Source: a virus (lineage: Duplodnaviria; Heunggongvirae; Uroviricota; Caudoviricetes). From it: a stretch of DNA of 39,472 nucleotides. The translations under genes and the position numbers were made by a program. Position 1 is the first letter of the stretch. Every line of letters starts with the position of its first letter. This document shows, piece by piece, positions 27,091-36,689 of this stretch. Location of the stretch: IMG/VR virus record IMGVR_UViG_2695420732_000023; one strand, written 5' to 3'. The notes under the pieces are model-generated. The model made no database searches, was not told the origin of the DNA, and saw only the letters and a program-made list of their open reading frames with translations.

Positions 27091-27239
27091 CGGCTGAATA
27101 CCTCACTGATCGCTTCTTTGACTGCGCCAGTTACTGGCGCATTAATCCCTTCGAATTGCTGAATATGCCGATCAGTGAAATTCCCTTGCTGGTCAGTCAG
27201 GCAAACAGGATAGAGCAGGAGAAACGCACACATGGCTGA
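26821..27239 (+). CDS. tail assembly chaperone, long form via programmed -1 ribosomal frameshift at TTTTTTC (27072-27078)
   Basis: -1 frame is open from the slippery site to 27239 (FFPPGLTAEY...), ending just upstream of the tape measure gene; conserved G/GT-type arrangement. Confidence 0.55.
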
Positions 27240-29067
27240 ATTTGAGCTTAAGGCGTTGATCACCGGTGTCGACAGGCTTTCTCCCGCGCTGTCGAAAATG
27301 CAAAAGAAAATCCGGGGATTTAAACGCCAGGCGGAAGAAGCGTCACAGGGTGGGCTGGCGCTTGGTGGCGGACTAGCTGCGGGTCTGACGCTTTCCCTGA
27401 AATCTTATGCCGATCAGGAAAACGCCGCCACCGGGCTGAAAGTCGCCATGATGGATGCGAACGGCGAGGTTGGAAAGAGCTTTCAGGACATCAATAAACT
27501 GGCTATTGGCCTGGGTAACCAGCTACCCGGTACAACGGCTGATTTCCAGAACATGATGCAGATGCTGGTGCGTCAGGGGATCCCGGCAGAAAACATTCTG
27601 GGCGGTGTGGGTAAAGCGACAGCTTATCTTGCGGTACAACTGAAAAAAACACCGGAAGCGGCTGCTGAGTTTGCTGCAAAGATGCAGGATGCTACCGGAA
27701 CGGCGTCAGAAGACATGATGGGGCTGTTCGACACTATCCAGAAGGCGTTTTATCTGGGCGTTGACGATACCAACATGTTGTCCTTCTTCACTAAAACCAG
27801 TTCTGTTCTGAAGATGGTGAACAAGGACGGTCTTCAGGCTGCACAGAGCCTTGCCCCTATCAGCGTCATGATGGATCAGATGGGGATGAACGGGGAGTCG
27901 GCAGGTAATGCCCTGCGAAAAGTTATCCAGTCCGGATTAAGCGTTAAGAAAATCAGGGACGTTAATAAAGTTATGGCCCGCCAGAAACTCGGAGTGCAGC
28001 TCGATTTTACTGACAGCAAAGGGAGTTTTGGCGGTCTTGATAACATGTTTAAGCAACTGGCAAAGCTGCGAAAACTGACCGACGTTAAGCGAACAGGTGT
28101 ACTTAAGGCAATATTTGGTGATGATGCCGAAACCCTTCAGGTGGTCAATGCTCTGATCGATAAAGGAAAGGATGGCTACGATCAGATCCAGCAGAAGATG
28201 AATAAACAGGCCAGCCTGAATAAACGTGTTCAGGCCCAGCTTGGTACGCTGTCCAACTTGTGGGAGGCAATGACGGGGACCGCAACTAACGGCCTTGCGG
28301 CTATTGGCGGCGCATTTTCTGGTGACGCCAAAAATATCACGCAATGGCTGGGGGAGTTGGGGGAAAAATTCACGAAGTTTGCGGATGAAAATCCCCGGGT
28401 TATTCGCGGCGTCGTCGGGCTTGCTGCCGGTCTTGCGATTCTGAAACTGGGATTGATGGGCGTGGGCAGTGCCATCAGTATTGTCAGCAGGATCATGTCG
28501 ATGACGCCGATTGGCATGATTGCGACGGCGATAGCCCTGGCTGCGGGATTAATTATCACTAACTGGGATGTTGTCGGACCTTATTTCAAGAAGCTCTGGG
28601 AAACCATTGGTCCTTATTTTGAGGCTGGCTGGGAACTCCTTAAGAAAGTTTTTGCCTGGTCGCCGCTGGGGATGGTGATCAATAACTGGGGGCCGGTTGT
28701 TAAGTGGTTTCAGGATATGTGGGACAAGCTGAAGCCAATTATTGAGTGGTTTACCGACAGTTCCGGTGACACGGTCGATGCCATTAACTCGGCGCAGTGG
28801 GGCGCGGGTGCTTATGATGCTTATGGGACGGGAATACCGGCGCGGGGATACACACCTTATCCGGCGGTGGATCCGGCTCAGTCAAACAACGCCTCCGATG
28901 CCACAGGCCCGAATCCCTTCATGATTAACAAAGCTTCTGCGCCAAAAGTTGATGGTGAGATCAAGGTCTCTTTTGTGAATTCGCCTCCGGGTATGCGGGT
29001 TATGGAAACGCGATCCAGCGGTTTTGATGTCAGCCATGATGTTGGCTATACGCGCTTTGGCAGGTAA
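27232..29067 (+). CDS. tail tape measure protein
   Basis: 611-aa; helical N-terminus, glycine/hydrophobic-rich middle (GLAAGLAILKLGLMGVGSAISIVS); canonical position. Confidence 0.85.
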   Translation: MAEFELKALITGVDRLSPALSKMQKKIRGFKRQAEEASQGGLALGGGLAAGLTLSLKSYADQENAATGLKVAMMDANGEVGKSFQDINKLAIGLGNQLPGTTADFQNMMQMLVRQGIPAENILGGVGKATAYLAVQLKKTPEAAAEFAAKMQDATGTASEDMMGLFDTIQKAFYLGVDDTNMLSFFTKTSSVLKMVNKDGLQAAQSLAPISVMMDQMGMNGESAGNALRKVIQSGLSVKKIRDVNKVMARQKLGVQLDFTDSKGSFGGLDNMFKQLAKLRKLTDVKRTGVLKAIFGDDAETLQVVNALIDKGKDGYDQIQQKMNKQASLNKRVQAQLGTLSNLWEAMTGTATNGLAAIGGAFSGDAKNITQWLGELGEKFTKFADENPRVIRGVVGLAAGLAILKLGLMGVGSAISIVSRIMSMTPIGMIATAIALAAGLIITNWDVVGPYFKKLWETIGPYFEAGWELLKKVFAWSPLGMVINNWGPVVKWFQDMWDKLKPIIEWFTDSSGDTVDAINSAQWGAGAYDAYGTGIPARGYTPYPAVDPAQSNNASDATGPNPFMINKASAPKVDGEIKVSFVNSPPGMRVMETRSSGFDVSHDVGYTRFGR

Positions 29068-29127
29068 TGAAAAATTAATCTGTTAATGAGTCCCACTCCG
29101 GTGGGATTTTTTATGTACGGAGTTTAT

Positions 29128-30456
29128 ATGACGTGGAAAGACAGACTTCAGGACGCGTCATTTCGCGGTGTGCCGTTTAAGGTTGAAGAAGAAAGTGCGG
29201 GAACCGGTCGTCGTGTGGAAACGCACGAATACCCGAACCGCGACAAACCCTATACCGAAGACCTGGGGAAAATCACTTTCCGCCCGTCCATCACGGCTTA
29301 TGTGGTGGGAGATGACTGCTTTGACCAGCGCGATCGCCTGATTGACGCGCTGAATAAACCCGGTCCCGGCACGCTTGTCCATCCGACTTACGGTGAGCTG
29401 AAAGTCTGTGTTGACGGAGAGGTTCGGGTCAGCACATCGAAGAGTGAAGGGCGTATTGTCCGCTTTGACCTGAAGTTTGTCGAAGCGGGAGAACTCTCTT
29501 ACCCCACATCAGGTGCGGCGACGGCGCAGACGCTGATGTCATCCTGTTCTGCACTGGATGACTGCATCAGTGACAGCTTCAGCGGTTTCAGTATCGATGG
29601 CGTGGCGGATTTTGTGCAGAACGACGTCGTCGGTAATGCCGGCACAATGCTTGGGTATGTTTCTGATGCGATGAAAGTGGTGGATTCTGCCGTATCGGAT
29701 GCTGCCAGGCTGTTGCAGGGGGATATCTCGGTACTTCTGCCGCCACCATCGTCAGGCAAAAATTTCGTTGAGCAGGTGCAGAAAATGTGGCGTACCGGGA
29801 AACGCCTTTATGGTAACGCCAGCGACCTGGTCACCATGATCAAAACGCTTTCCGGTGTCAGCCTCGGCAGCGATCTGCAACCGCGCGGCGTCTGGAAAAC
29901 GGACAGTAAAACCACCGCCACGGCGACGCATCAGCGTAACGAGGTTGCCAGCACCCTTCGTACGACCGCAATCAGCGAAGCGGCGTATGCCGTCACCCGA
30001 TTGCCTGCGCCAACAACTTCCGCGGTGATGCAGAATGCCGCAGTGGGGCAGGCAACAACACCTGCGCAGAGCACTGGCTGGCCTTCCGTCACGCATCCGG
30101 CACTGAACAATGCACCGGCGGTGAAAAACACGGTTGACCTGCCAACGTGGGAAGAACTGACTGACATTCGCGACACACTGAATACGGCAATTGATAAGGA
30201 GTTGTCCCGTACAACCAGTGATGCGCTGTTTCTGGCACTGCGCCGGGTGAAAGCAGATCTGAATGCGGATATCAACACGCGCCTTGAACAGTCTGCACGG
30301 ATCATTCAGCGCACACCGGATGAGGTTTTACCCGCGCTGGTGCTGGCGGCGACCTGGTTTGATAACGCGGCGCGTGATGCGGACATTATCCGGCGTAATG
30401 CCATTACGCATCCCGGCTTTGTGCCGGTGATCCCTCTGAAGGTGCCAGTGCAATGA
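29128..30456 (+). CDS. Mu N-like DNA circularization protein
   Basis: start MTWKDRLQDASFRGVPFKVEE with GGAG RBS; follows tape measure as in Mu. Confidence 0.7.
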   Translation: MTWKDRLQDASFRGVPFKVEEESAGTGRRVETHEYPNRDKPYTEDLGKITFRPSITAYVVGDDCFDQRDRLIDALNKPGPGTLVHPTYGELKVCVDGEVRVSTSKSEGRIVRFDLKFVEAGELSYPTSGAATAQTLMSSCSALDDCISDSFSGFSIDGVADFVQNDVVGNAGTMLGYVSDAMKVVDSAVSDAARLLQGDISVLLPPPSSGKNFVEQVQKMWRTGKRLYGNASDLVTMIKTLSGVSLGSDLQPRGVWKTDSKTTATATHQRNEVASTLRTTAISEAAYAVTRLPAPTTSAVMQNAAVGQATTPAQSTGWPSVTHPALNNAPAVKNTVDLPTWEELTDIRDTLNTAIDKELSRTTSDALFLALRRVKADLNADINTRLEQSARIIQRTPDEVLPALVLAATWFDNAARDADIIRRNAITHPGFVPVIPLKVPVQ

Positions 30457-31532
30457 ACGACAATGTCACGCTACGGGTAAATGGCCGGGAGTGGAATGGC
30501 TGGACATCGGTGCGCATCGGTGCCGGTGTTGAACGACTGGCGCGGGATTTCAGTGTGGAGATCACCCGCCAGTGGCCGGGTGATGAGGGTATCACCACGC
30601 TTCAGCCGCGCATTAAAAACGGTTCAAAAGTGGAGGTGCTGATTGGTGATGAGCTGGTGATCACCGGCTGGGTGGAGGCGACGCCCGTTCGTTACGATGC
30701 CCGTTCGGTCAGCACCGGTATTGCCGGACGCAGTCTGACCGCTGACCTGATTGATTGTGCAGCCGAACCGACACAGTTTAACGGACGATCACTGGTACAG
30801 ATTGCGCAGGCGCTTGCTGCGCCCTTCGGCATTGAGGTGGTGAACAGCGGTGCGCCGTCGGGTGTTATTCCTGATGTCCAGCCTGATCACGGTGAAACGG
30901 TGATCGAGGTGATTAACAAAATACTCGGTCAGCAGCAGGCGCTGGCTTATGACGACCCGCACGGCAGGCTGGTGATTGGCGGTATTGGCTCAACGCGGGC
31001 ACATACCGCGCTGGTACTCGGGGAAAACATCCTTTCCTGCGATACGGAGAAGAGTATCCGGGAGCGGTTTTCTGTTTACCAGGTGGCGGGGCAGCGTGCC
31101 GGAAACGACGATGATTTCGGTGAGGCCACCACAACTGCGCTGCGGGCCCGCACAGAGGACGCATTTATTGCCCGTTACCGTCCGATGTATATCAGGCAGA
31201 CAGGGCAGGCTACGGGGGCAGGCTGTATTGCGCGTGCTGACTTTGAAGCCCGACAACGGGCGGCGCGGACGGATGAAACCACCTATGTGGTGCAGGGCTG
31301 GCGACAGGGTAACGGTACGCTGTGGCAGCCCAACCAGCGGGTGATTGTCTTCGATCCGGTCTGTGGTTTCGACAATACCGAACTGCTTGTCTCGGAAGTC
31401 ACGTTTACTCAGGACCAGAACGGCACCCTGACGGAAATCCGTGTCGGCCCACCTGATGCTTATCTGCCTGAACCCGAAGCCCCCGGCGCGCGGAAAAAGA
31501 AAAAAGCCAGAGTACAGGAGGACCCGTTCTGA
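30453..31532 (+). CDS. Mu P-like tail / baseplate hub protein
   Basis: 359-aa ORF; order and size as Mu gene P. Confidence 0.7.
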   Translation: MNDNVTLRVNGREWNGWTSVRIGAGVERLARDFSVEITRQWPGDEGITTLQPRIKNGSKVEVLIGDELVITGWVEATPVRYDARSVSTGIAGRSLTADLIDCAAEPTQFNGRSLVQIAQALAAPFGIEVVNSGAPSGVIPDVQPDHGETVIEVINKILGQQQALAYDDPHGRLVIGGIGSTRAHTALVLGENILSCDTEKSIRERFSVYQVAGQRAGNDDDFGEATTTALRARTEDAFIARYRPMYIRQTGQATGAGCIARADFEARQRAARTDETTYVVQGWRQGNGTLWQPNQRVIVFDPVCGFDNTELLVSEVTFTQDQNGTLTEIRVGPPDAYLPEPEAPGARKKKKARVQEDPF

Positions 31533-32080
31533 TGAGGACGATTGAAGCCATGCAGCGACAACTCCTCGGCCTGATTGGGCGGGCCGTGGTGAAAAGCATC
31601 AGTGCCGCCACGAAATGTCAGACCGTGGATGTGTCCCTGATTGCCGGTGAACCCAAAGCCGGGGTTGAACATCTTGAACCCTACGGTTTTACCGCAAGGG
31701 CAAACAGCGGTGCGGAAGCGGTGGTGTTGTTTCCGGATGGCGACCGTTCTCATGCGGTGGTTGTTACGGTGTCGGACCGGCGCTACCGCCTGAAAGGGCT
31801 GCAGACGGGTGAGGTGGCTGTCTATGACGATCAGGGGCAGTCCGTGACGCTGACCCGGGAGGGGATCGTGGTGGACGGTGCAGGTAAAACGATTACGTTT
31901 CGCAATTCACCTAAAGCACGTTTTGAAATGGACCTGGAAGTGACAGGACAGGTGAAAGACCTGTGCGACTCCAGCGGCACCACCATGTCAGCGATGCGGC
32001 TTGCCTATAACGGGCATCGTCACAGAGAGAACGGTCAGGGCAGTAACACCGACAAACCTGATAAAGCGATGGAGGCATGA
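31532..32080 (+). CDS. baseplate spike/assembly protein (Mu gp45 / V-like)
   Basis: 182-aa; overlapping starts; canonical baseplate position. Confidence 0.7.
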   Translation: MRTIEAMQRQLLGLIGRAVVKSISAATKCQTVDVSLIAGEPKAGVEHLEPYGFTARANSGAEAVVLFPDGDRSHAVVVTVSDRRYRLKGLQTGEVAVYDDQGQSVTLTREGIVVDGAGKTITFRNSPKARFEMDLEVTGQVKDLCDSSGTTMSAMRLAYNGHRHRENGQGSNTDKPDKAMEA

Positions 32081-32505
32081 TGGAACTGTGGCTGACGGTG
32101 AACGGTAAACGCACCTGCGCCAGCGCACCGCTGGATCCGCTGACCCGCGCCGTGGTGATTTCCCTGTTTACCTGGCGGCGGGCGGAGCCTGATGACAACG
32201 CCGACGTCCCGATGGGATGGTGGGGGGATACCTGGCCTGCGGTACAGAATGACCGTTACGGCTCCCGGCTGTGGCTGCTTCAGCGCAGCAAACTGACCAA
32301 TCAGCTGGTGCTGACGGTAAGGGGGTATATCCGCGAATGCCTGCAATGGATGATTGATGACGGCGTGGTGTCCCGTATTGATCTGGATATCCGCCGCACC
32401 GGGATTAATGAACTGGGTAACAGTATCACTCTCTGGCGTCGTGACGGACCGGTAATGATTTCTTTTGATGATCTGTGGAGTGCGATAACGCATGGCGGAC
32501 AGTGA
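32077..32505 (+). CDS. baseplate protein (Mu gp46-like)
   Basis: 142-aa; canonical position. Confidence 0.65.
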   Translation: MMELWLTVNGKRTCASAPLDPLTRAVVISLFTWRRAEPDDNADVPMGWWGDTWPAVQNDRYGSRLWLLQRSKLTNQLVLTVRGYIRECLQWMIDDGVVSRIDLDIRRTGINELGNSITLWRRDGPVMISFDDLWSAITHGGQ

Positions 32506-33550
32506 ATTTCAGCGCCCGACGCTGGCAGAAAATATCAGTATGCTCCGTAACGATTTATTCGCCAGGCTGGACGTCAGCGACACGCTCCGGCGCATGGATG
32601 AAGACGTGCGGGCAAAGGTGTATGCGGCGGCGCTGCATACGGTTTACGGTTACATCGATTATCTGGCAATGAACATGCTTCCTGACCTGTGCGATGAGTC
32701 CTGGCTGGCGCGACATGCTGCGATGAAACGGTGTCCGCGCAAGGGGGCCACGGCTGCCAGCGGGTATATGCGCTGGGAAGGTGTCAGCGATGGCCTGAAA
32801 GTGACTGCCGGGAGTGTTATTCAGCGCGATGACCTGGTTCAGTACACGGCAACTGCCGATGCAACCAGCTCCGGTGGTGTCCTGCGCGTGCCGATCGCCT
32901 GCTCAAGTGCAGGCGCGGTCGGTAACGCTGACGACGGTACGGCATTAATCCTGGTCACGCCGGTGAATGGTCTGCCGTCTTCCGGTGTGGCTGACACTCT
33001 GACAGGCGGATTTGATACTGAAGAGCTGGAAACGTGGCGCGCCCGCGTCATTGAGCGGTATTACTGGACGCCGCAGGGCGGGGCTGACGGGGACTATGTC
33101 GTCTGGGCTAAAGAAGTGCCCGGCATTACCCGCGCATGGACATACCGCCACTGGATGGGAACGGGAACTGTCGGTGTGATGATTGCCGGCAGTGACCTGA
33201 TTAATCCCATTCCGGAAGAGTCAACGGAAACGGCAGTACGACAACACATCGAGCCACTGGCCCCGGTGGCAGGTTCTGATTTGTATGTGTTCAGGCCGGT
33301 GGCGCATACGGTGGATTTTCATATCCGCGTGACGCCGGACACACCGGAAATACGGGCTGCCATCACCGCCGAGTTGCGTTCGTTCCTGCTGCGTGATGGT
33401 TATCCGCAGGGAGAACTGAAGGTGTCACGTATCAGTGAAGCGATTTCCGGTGCGAACGGGGAATACAGCCATCAGTTGCTTGCCCCGGCGGACAATATCT
33501 CCATTGCAAAAAATGAGCTGGCAGTTCTGGGGACGATTTCATGGACGTGA
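32492..33550 (+). CDS. baseplate J-like protein (Mu gp47)
   Basis: 352-aa; canonical position and size. Confidence 0.75.
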   Translation: MADSEFQRPTLAENISMLRNDLFARLDVSDTLRRMDEDVRAKVYAAALHTVYGYIDYLAMNMLPDLCDESWLARHAAMKRCPRKGATAASGYMRWEGVSDGLKVTAGSVIQRDDLVQYTATADATSSGGVLRVPIACSSAGAVGNADDGTALILVTPVNGLPSSGVADTLTGGFDTEELETWRARVIERYYWTPQGGADGDYVVWAKEVPGITRAWTYRHWMGTGTVGVMIAGSDLINPIPEESTETAVRQHIEPLAPVAGSDLYVFRPVAHTVDFHIRVTPDTPEIRAAITAELRSFLLRDGYPQGELKVSRISEAISGANGEYSHQLLAPADNISIAKNELAVLGTISWT

Positions 33551-34125
33551 CAAACGATGATTATATCCGTCTGTTGTCGGCACTGTTGCCGCCCGGTCCG
33601 GCGTGGTCAGTCAGCGATCCGGCGATTGCCGGTGCGGCACCGTCATTAACCCGCGTTCATCAGCGTGCGGATGCCCTGATGCGGGAGCTGGATCCGCGCA
33701 CCACCACTGAACTGATAAACCGCTGGGAGCGTCTGTGCGGTCTGCCGGATGAATGTATTCCCGCAGGGACACAAACCCTTCGCCAGCGTCAGCAACGGCT
33801 GGATGCGAAGGTTAATCTGGCGGGCGGCATCAATGAGGATTTTTACCTTGCACAGCTTGCTGCCCTGGGCAGACCAGACGCCACTATCACGCGATACGAT
33901 AAAAGCACGTTCACCTGCTCATCGGCCTGTACTGACGCAGTGAATGCGCCGGAATGGCGGTATTACTGGCAGGTCAACATGCCAGCCGCCACCAACACCA
34001 CCTGGATGACATGTGGCGATCCCTGTGATTCCGCACTGCGTATCTGGGGCGACACCGTTGTCGAGTGCGTGCTTAACAAACTCTGCCCTTCGCATACCTA
34101 CGTAATTTTTAAATATCTGGAGTAA
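33541..34125 (+). CDS. tail protein Mu gp48-like (DUF2313/YmfQ-like)
   Basis: 194-aa; immediately precedes tail fibre gene. Confidence 0.7.
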   Translation: MDVTNDDYIRLLSALLPPGPAWSVSDPAIAGAAPSLTRVHQRADALMRELDPRTTTELINRWERLCGLPDECIPAGTQTLRQRQQRLDAKVNLAGGINEDFYLAQLAALGRPDATITRYDKSTFTCSSACTDAVNAPEWRYYWQVNMPAATNTTWMTCGDPCDSALRIWGDTVVECVLNKLCPSHTYVIFKYLE

Positions 34126-34128
34126 TCC

Positions 34129-34887
34129 ATGCATCGTATAGACACGAAAACCGCGCAGAAGGATAAGTTCGGCGCGGGTAAGAACGGTTTTACCCGTGGT
34201 AACCCCCAAACCGGCACACCTGCCACCGATCTGGATGATGACTACTTTGACATGTTGCAGGAAGAACTTTGTAGCGTGGTGGAGGCCTCCGGTGCCAGCC
34301 TGGAGAAAGGGCGGCATGACCAGCTGCTTACCGCACTTCGTGCGCTGCTGTTAAGCCGCAAGAATCCGTTTGGCGATATCAAATCGGATGGCACAGTGCA
34401 AACGGCTCTCGAAAACCTTGGTTTGGGAGAAGGTGCTCCAGCTATTGGCGTTCCGTTCTTCTGGCCGTCCGCTGCAATGCCAAATACTGTAATCGACAGC
34501 TGGTCCAGTATGGTGTTTCTGAAGTTCAACGGAGCCACATTCTCAGCGTCGAATTATCCAAAACTCGCTCTGGTGTTTCCTGCATTAACACTGCCTGAAG
34601 CACGCGGTGAATTTATTCGTATCTGGGATGATGGCCGTGGCGTTGACAGTGGCCGTGCATTACTTTCCGCACAATCAGACGATTTCAAAACGCACGAGCA
34701 TAAAATTTTAGGGCTAAATGGAAGTGGCAGTAATGTAGTGTTTGGCACCGTTTCGAATGCTTCTCCATTATATACCAGCGGCGTTAGTCAGCCGGCTGGA
34801 AGTGCTTTGCCCGCTTTTCAAAACCCAGGCGGTACTGAAACGCGTCCCCGTAACATCGCATTCAACTTTTTAGTAAGGGCTAAATAA
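34129..34887 (+). CDS. tail fibre protein (constant N-terminal part to ~34428 fused to currently expressed variable part Sv)
   Basis: 252-aa; hix/gix-like crossover site inside gene at 34416-34442; followed by tail fibre assembly gene. Confidence 0.8.
   Translation: MHRIDTKTAQKDKFGAGKNGFTRGNPQTGTPATDLDDDYFDMLQEELCSVVEASGASLEKGRHDQLLTALRALLLSRKNPFGDIKSDGTVQTALENLGLGEGAPAIGVPFFWPSAAMPNTVIDSWSSMVFLKFNGATFSASNYPKLALVFPALTLPEARGEFIRIWDDGRGVDSGRALLSAQSDDFKTHEHKILGLNGSGSNVVFGTVSNASPLYTSGVSQPAGSALPAFQNPGGTETRPRNIAFNFLVRAK
34416..34442. repeat. invertase crossover site (hix/gix-like) within tail fibre gene
   Basis: CTCTCGAAAACCTTGGTTTGGGAGAAG resembles hixL TTCTTGAAAACCAAGGTTTTTGATAA; inverted partner at 36385-36411. 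Confidence 0.55.
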
Positions 34888-35480
34888 TGAAACCTGTTTT
34901 TGATGAAAATGGACTGGCTACAGTGCCGGGTGATATGCGTTGTTTTTATTATGATGCAGTAACGTATGAATATACGGGCTGGTCTGATGAATATATTAAT
35001 ACTGGCGTAAGTATGCCCGCCTGTTCCACTGGTATTGACCCTGGCGAAAACATTCCGGGAAAAGTGGCAGTATTTACGGGTAAGGGATGGAGCCATGAAG
35101 AAGACCATCGCAATGAGACTGTTTACTCAATCGAAAATGGCGCAGCTGTTACAGTGGATTATATCGGTGCCATCAAAAACGGTTATGTCACGCTTTCACC
35201 GTTAACGCCATATGATAAATGGGATGGTGAGAAATGGGTGACAGATACTGAGGCACAACACGGTGCCGCAGTAGAAGCGGCAGAAGCACAGCGCCAGTCA
35301 CTGATTGATGCTGCAATGGCTTCCATCAGCCTGATTCAGCTGAAATTACAGGCCGGGCGGAAGCTGACGCAGGCAGAAACCACCCGGCTTAACGCCGTGC
35401 TTGATTACATTGACGCGGTGACGGCAACAGATACGAGCACCGCGCCGGATGTCATCTGGCCTGAACTGCCGGAGGCGTAG
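34887..35480 (+). CDS. tail fibre assembly chaperone (Tfa)
   Basis: 197-aa; start overlaps fibre stop; typical Tfa size and position. Confidence 0.8.
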   Translation: MKPVFDENGLATVPGDMRCFYYDAVTYEYTGWSDEYINTGVSMPACSTGIDPGENIPGKVAVFTGKGWSHEEDHRNETVYSIENGAAVTVDYIGAIKNGYVTLSPLTPYDKWDGEKWVTDTEAQHGAAVEAAEAQRQSLIDAAMASISLIQLKLQAGRKLTQAETTRLNAVLDYIDAVTATDTSTAPDVIWPELPEA

Positions 35481-35895
35481 GCCATTCAATATCTGGCGCA
35501 CCGGAAGTATCGACCAGCTCCAGTACGTCCAGATAATCCAGCCACAAATTATATTGCGCCAGTTCCTCACCTTTCAGGCGACCAATCGCTGCTTTACCAG
35601 GCCATTGCTTACTGTATATGTATTCGTTGACCTGATTAATCAATTGCTGCTTTTCCAGTTCGGCTGCGGCAATTTGTTCCTCATGAGTTGGCGGTGGAAT
35701 TTCCCCCCAGGTGGGAAGGCCATCATCACCCGCGATGCGTACTTTCCCTTGCAACGTTCTGTCTTCAATAAATTCCAGGTAAGTGTCATATGTCACTTCG
35801 ACAATATCAGCAAGTTCCCATCCGGCCTGTTCATATTTCGCCACATCATTTTTAGCGAAAAAACTATTATTTGAGGCGCTATAAACCATTTCCAT
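35452..35895 (-). CDS. alternative tail fibre assembly chaperone (Tfa') in inverted orientation
   Basis: 147-aa; C-terminal region resembles Tfa C-terminus (APDIEWPTPP versus APDVIWPELP in Tfa); convergent with Tfa. Confidence 0.75.
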   Translation of the reverse strand: MEMVYSASNNSFFAKNDVAKYEQAGWELADIVEVTYDTYLEFIEDRTLQGKVRIAGDDGLPTWGEIPPPTHEEQIAAAELEKQQLINQVNEYIYSKQWPGKAAIGRLKGEELAQYNLWLDYLDVLELVDTSGAPDIEWPTPPAVQAR

Positions 35896-35896
35896 A

Positions 35897-36399
35897 TTAA
35901 TACCCTACTGCAATATAAAAAACTGATTCACCAGCGTCCTGAGAACCTACCCCCGGAACGCCAGACCAGGCTTTGTTAATGAATGCAAAACTGGTATTAC
36001 TCAGATCAGATGCTCTGTACATCGGGCTGAACATCCAGTAGTTGGCTCCATATGTTTGTCCGAAAACAATGCCATAGCACTGATTTGTAAATGGCGTAGA
36101 AAATAATTTTCCACCAGTACCAGCGATAGTCCCGAATCGCATCTGGAACCCATTCGGGAAATTAATTCCGCCTGCCGGTGAAGACCAGTAAGACATATCA
36201 GGTATTTGCCCAGCACTATTTCCCACGTTTTTTGTTGCAACGGTTCCTAACCCAAGATTAGCTCTTGCATCAGATTTATTTGTTAACTCATAAAGATTAT
36301 TTGCCTTTTGAAGTGCTCCTGTTATGCGTAAATCATCACCAGCGGCAACGGTTCCGACTGTCGTGCCCACATCCCTTTTCGCCGCTTCTCCTAAACCAA
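35897..36399 (-). CDS. alternative tail fibre variable segment (Sv'), lacking its own start in present orientation
   Basis: minus-strand frame open from crossover site to stop at 35897; glycine-rich fibre-like sequence; would fuse to fibre constant part after inversion. Confidence 0.6.
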
Positions 36400-36411
36400 C
36401 ATTTATGAAAA
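36385..36411. repeat. invertase crossover site (inverted partner)
   Basis: reverse complement matches 34428-34442 at 14 of 15 positions (TTGGTTTAGGAGAAG versus TTGGTTTGGGAGAAG). Confidence 0.5.
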
Positions 36412-36465
36412 TGCAGAAATAACGAGCAAATGGCATCATTCCTGCTTTTGCTAGGGAGATCTACC

Positions 36466-36594
36466 ATGCTTATTGGCTATGTACGTGTGTCAACAAATGA
36501 CCAGAACACAGATCTACAACGTAATGCGCTGAACTGTGCAGGATGCGAGCTGATTTTTGAAGACAAGATAAGCGGTACAAAGTCCGAAACCTAG
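36466..36594 (+). pseudogene. pin: Pin/Gin/Hin-family serine DNA invertase, truncated after 42 codons
   Basis: MLIGYVRVSTNDQNTDLQRNALNCAGCELIFEDKISGT matches the N-terminus of Pin-family invertases by recall, then stop; a full invertase is ~190 aa. Confidence 0.8.
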
Positions 36595-36632
36595 GGCTGA
36601 CACTGCTGTTCTTGTTGCAAATTAAAGGATTT

Positions 36633-36658
36633 AATAGTGAGTAGCGGCCTTACTAATG
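36633..36658. terminator. perfect hairpin AGCGGCCTTAC-taat-GTAAGGCCGCT between pin remnant and DUF262/DUF1524 gene
   Basis: 11-bp perfect stem, 4-nt loop; lies between convergent gene ends. Confidence 0.45.
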
Positions 36659-36689
36659 TAAGGCCGCTATAATCATTTTATTAATTGCA

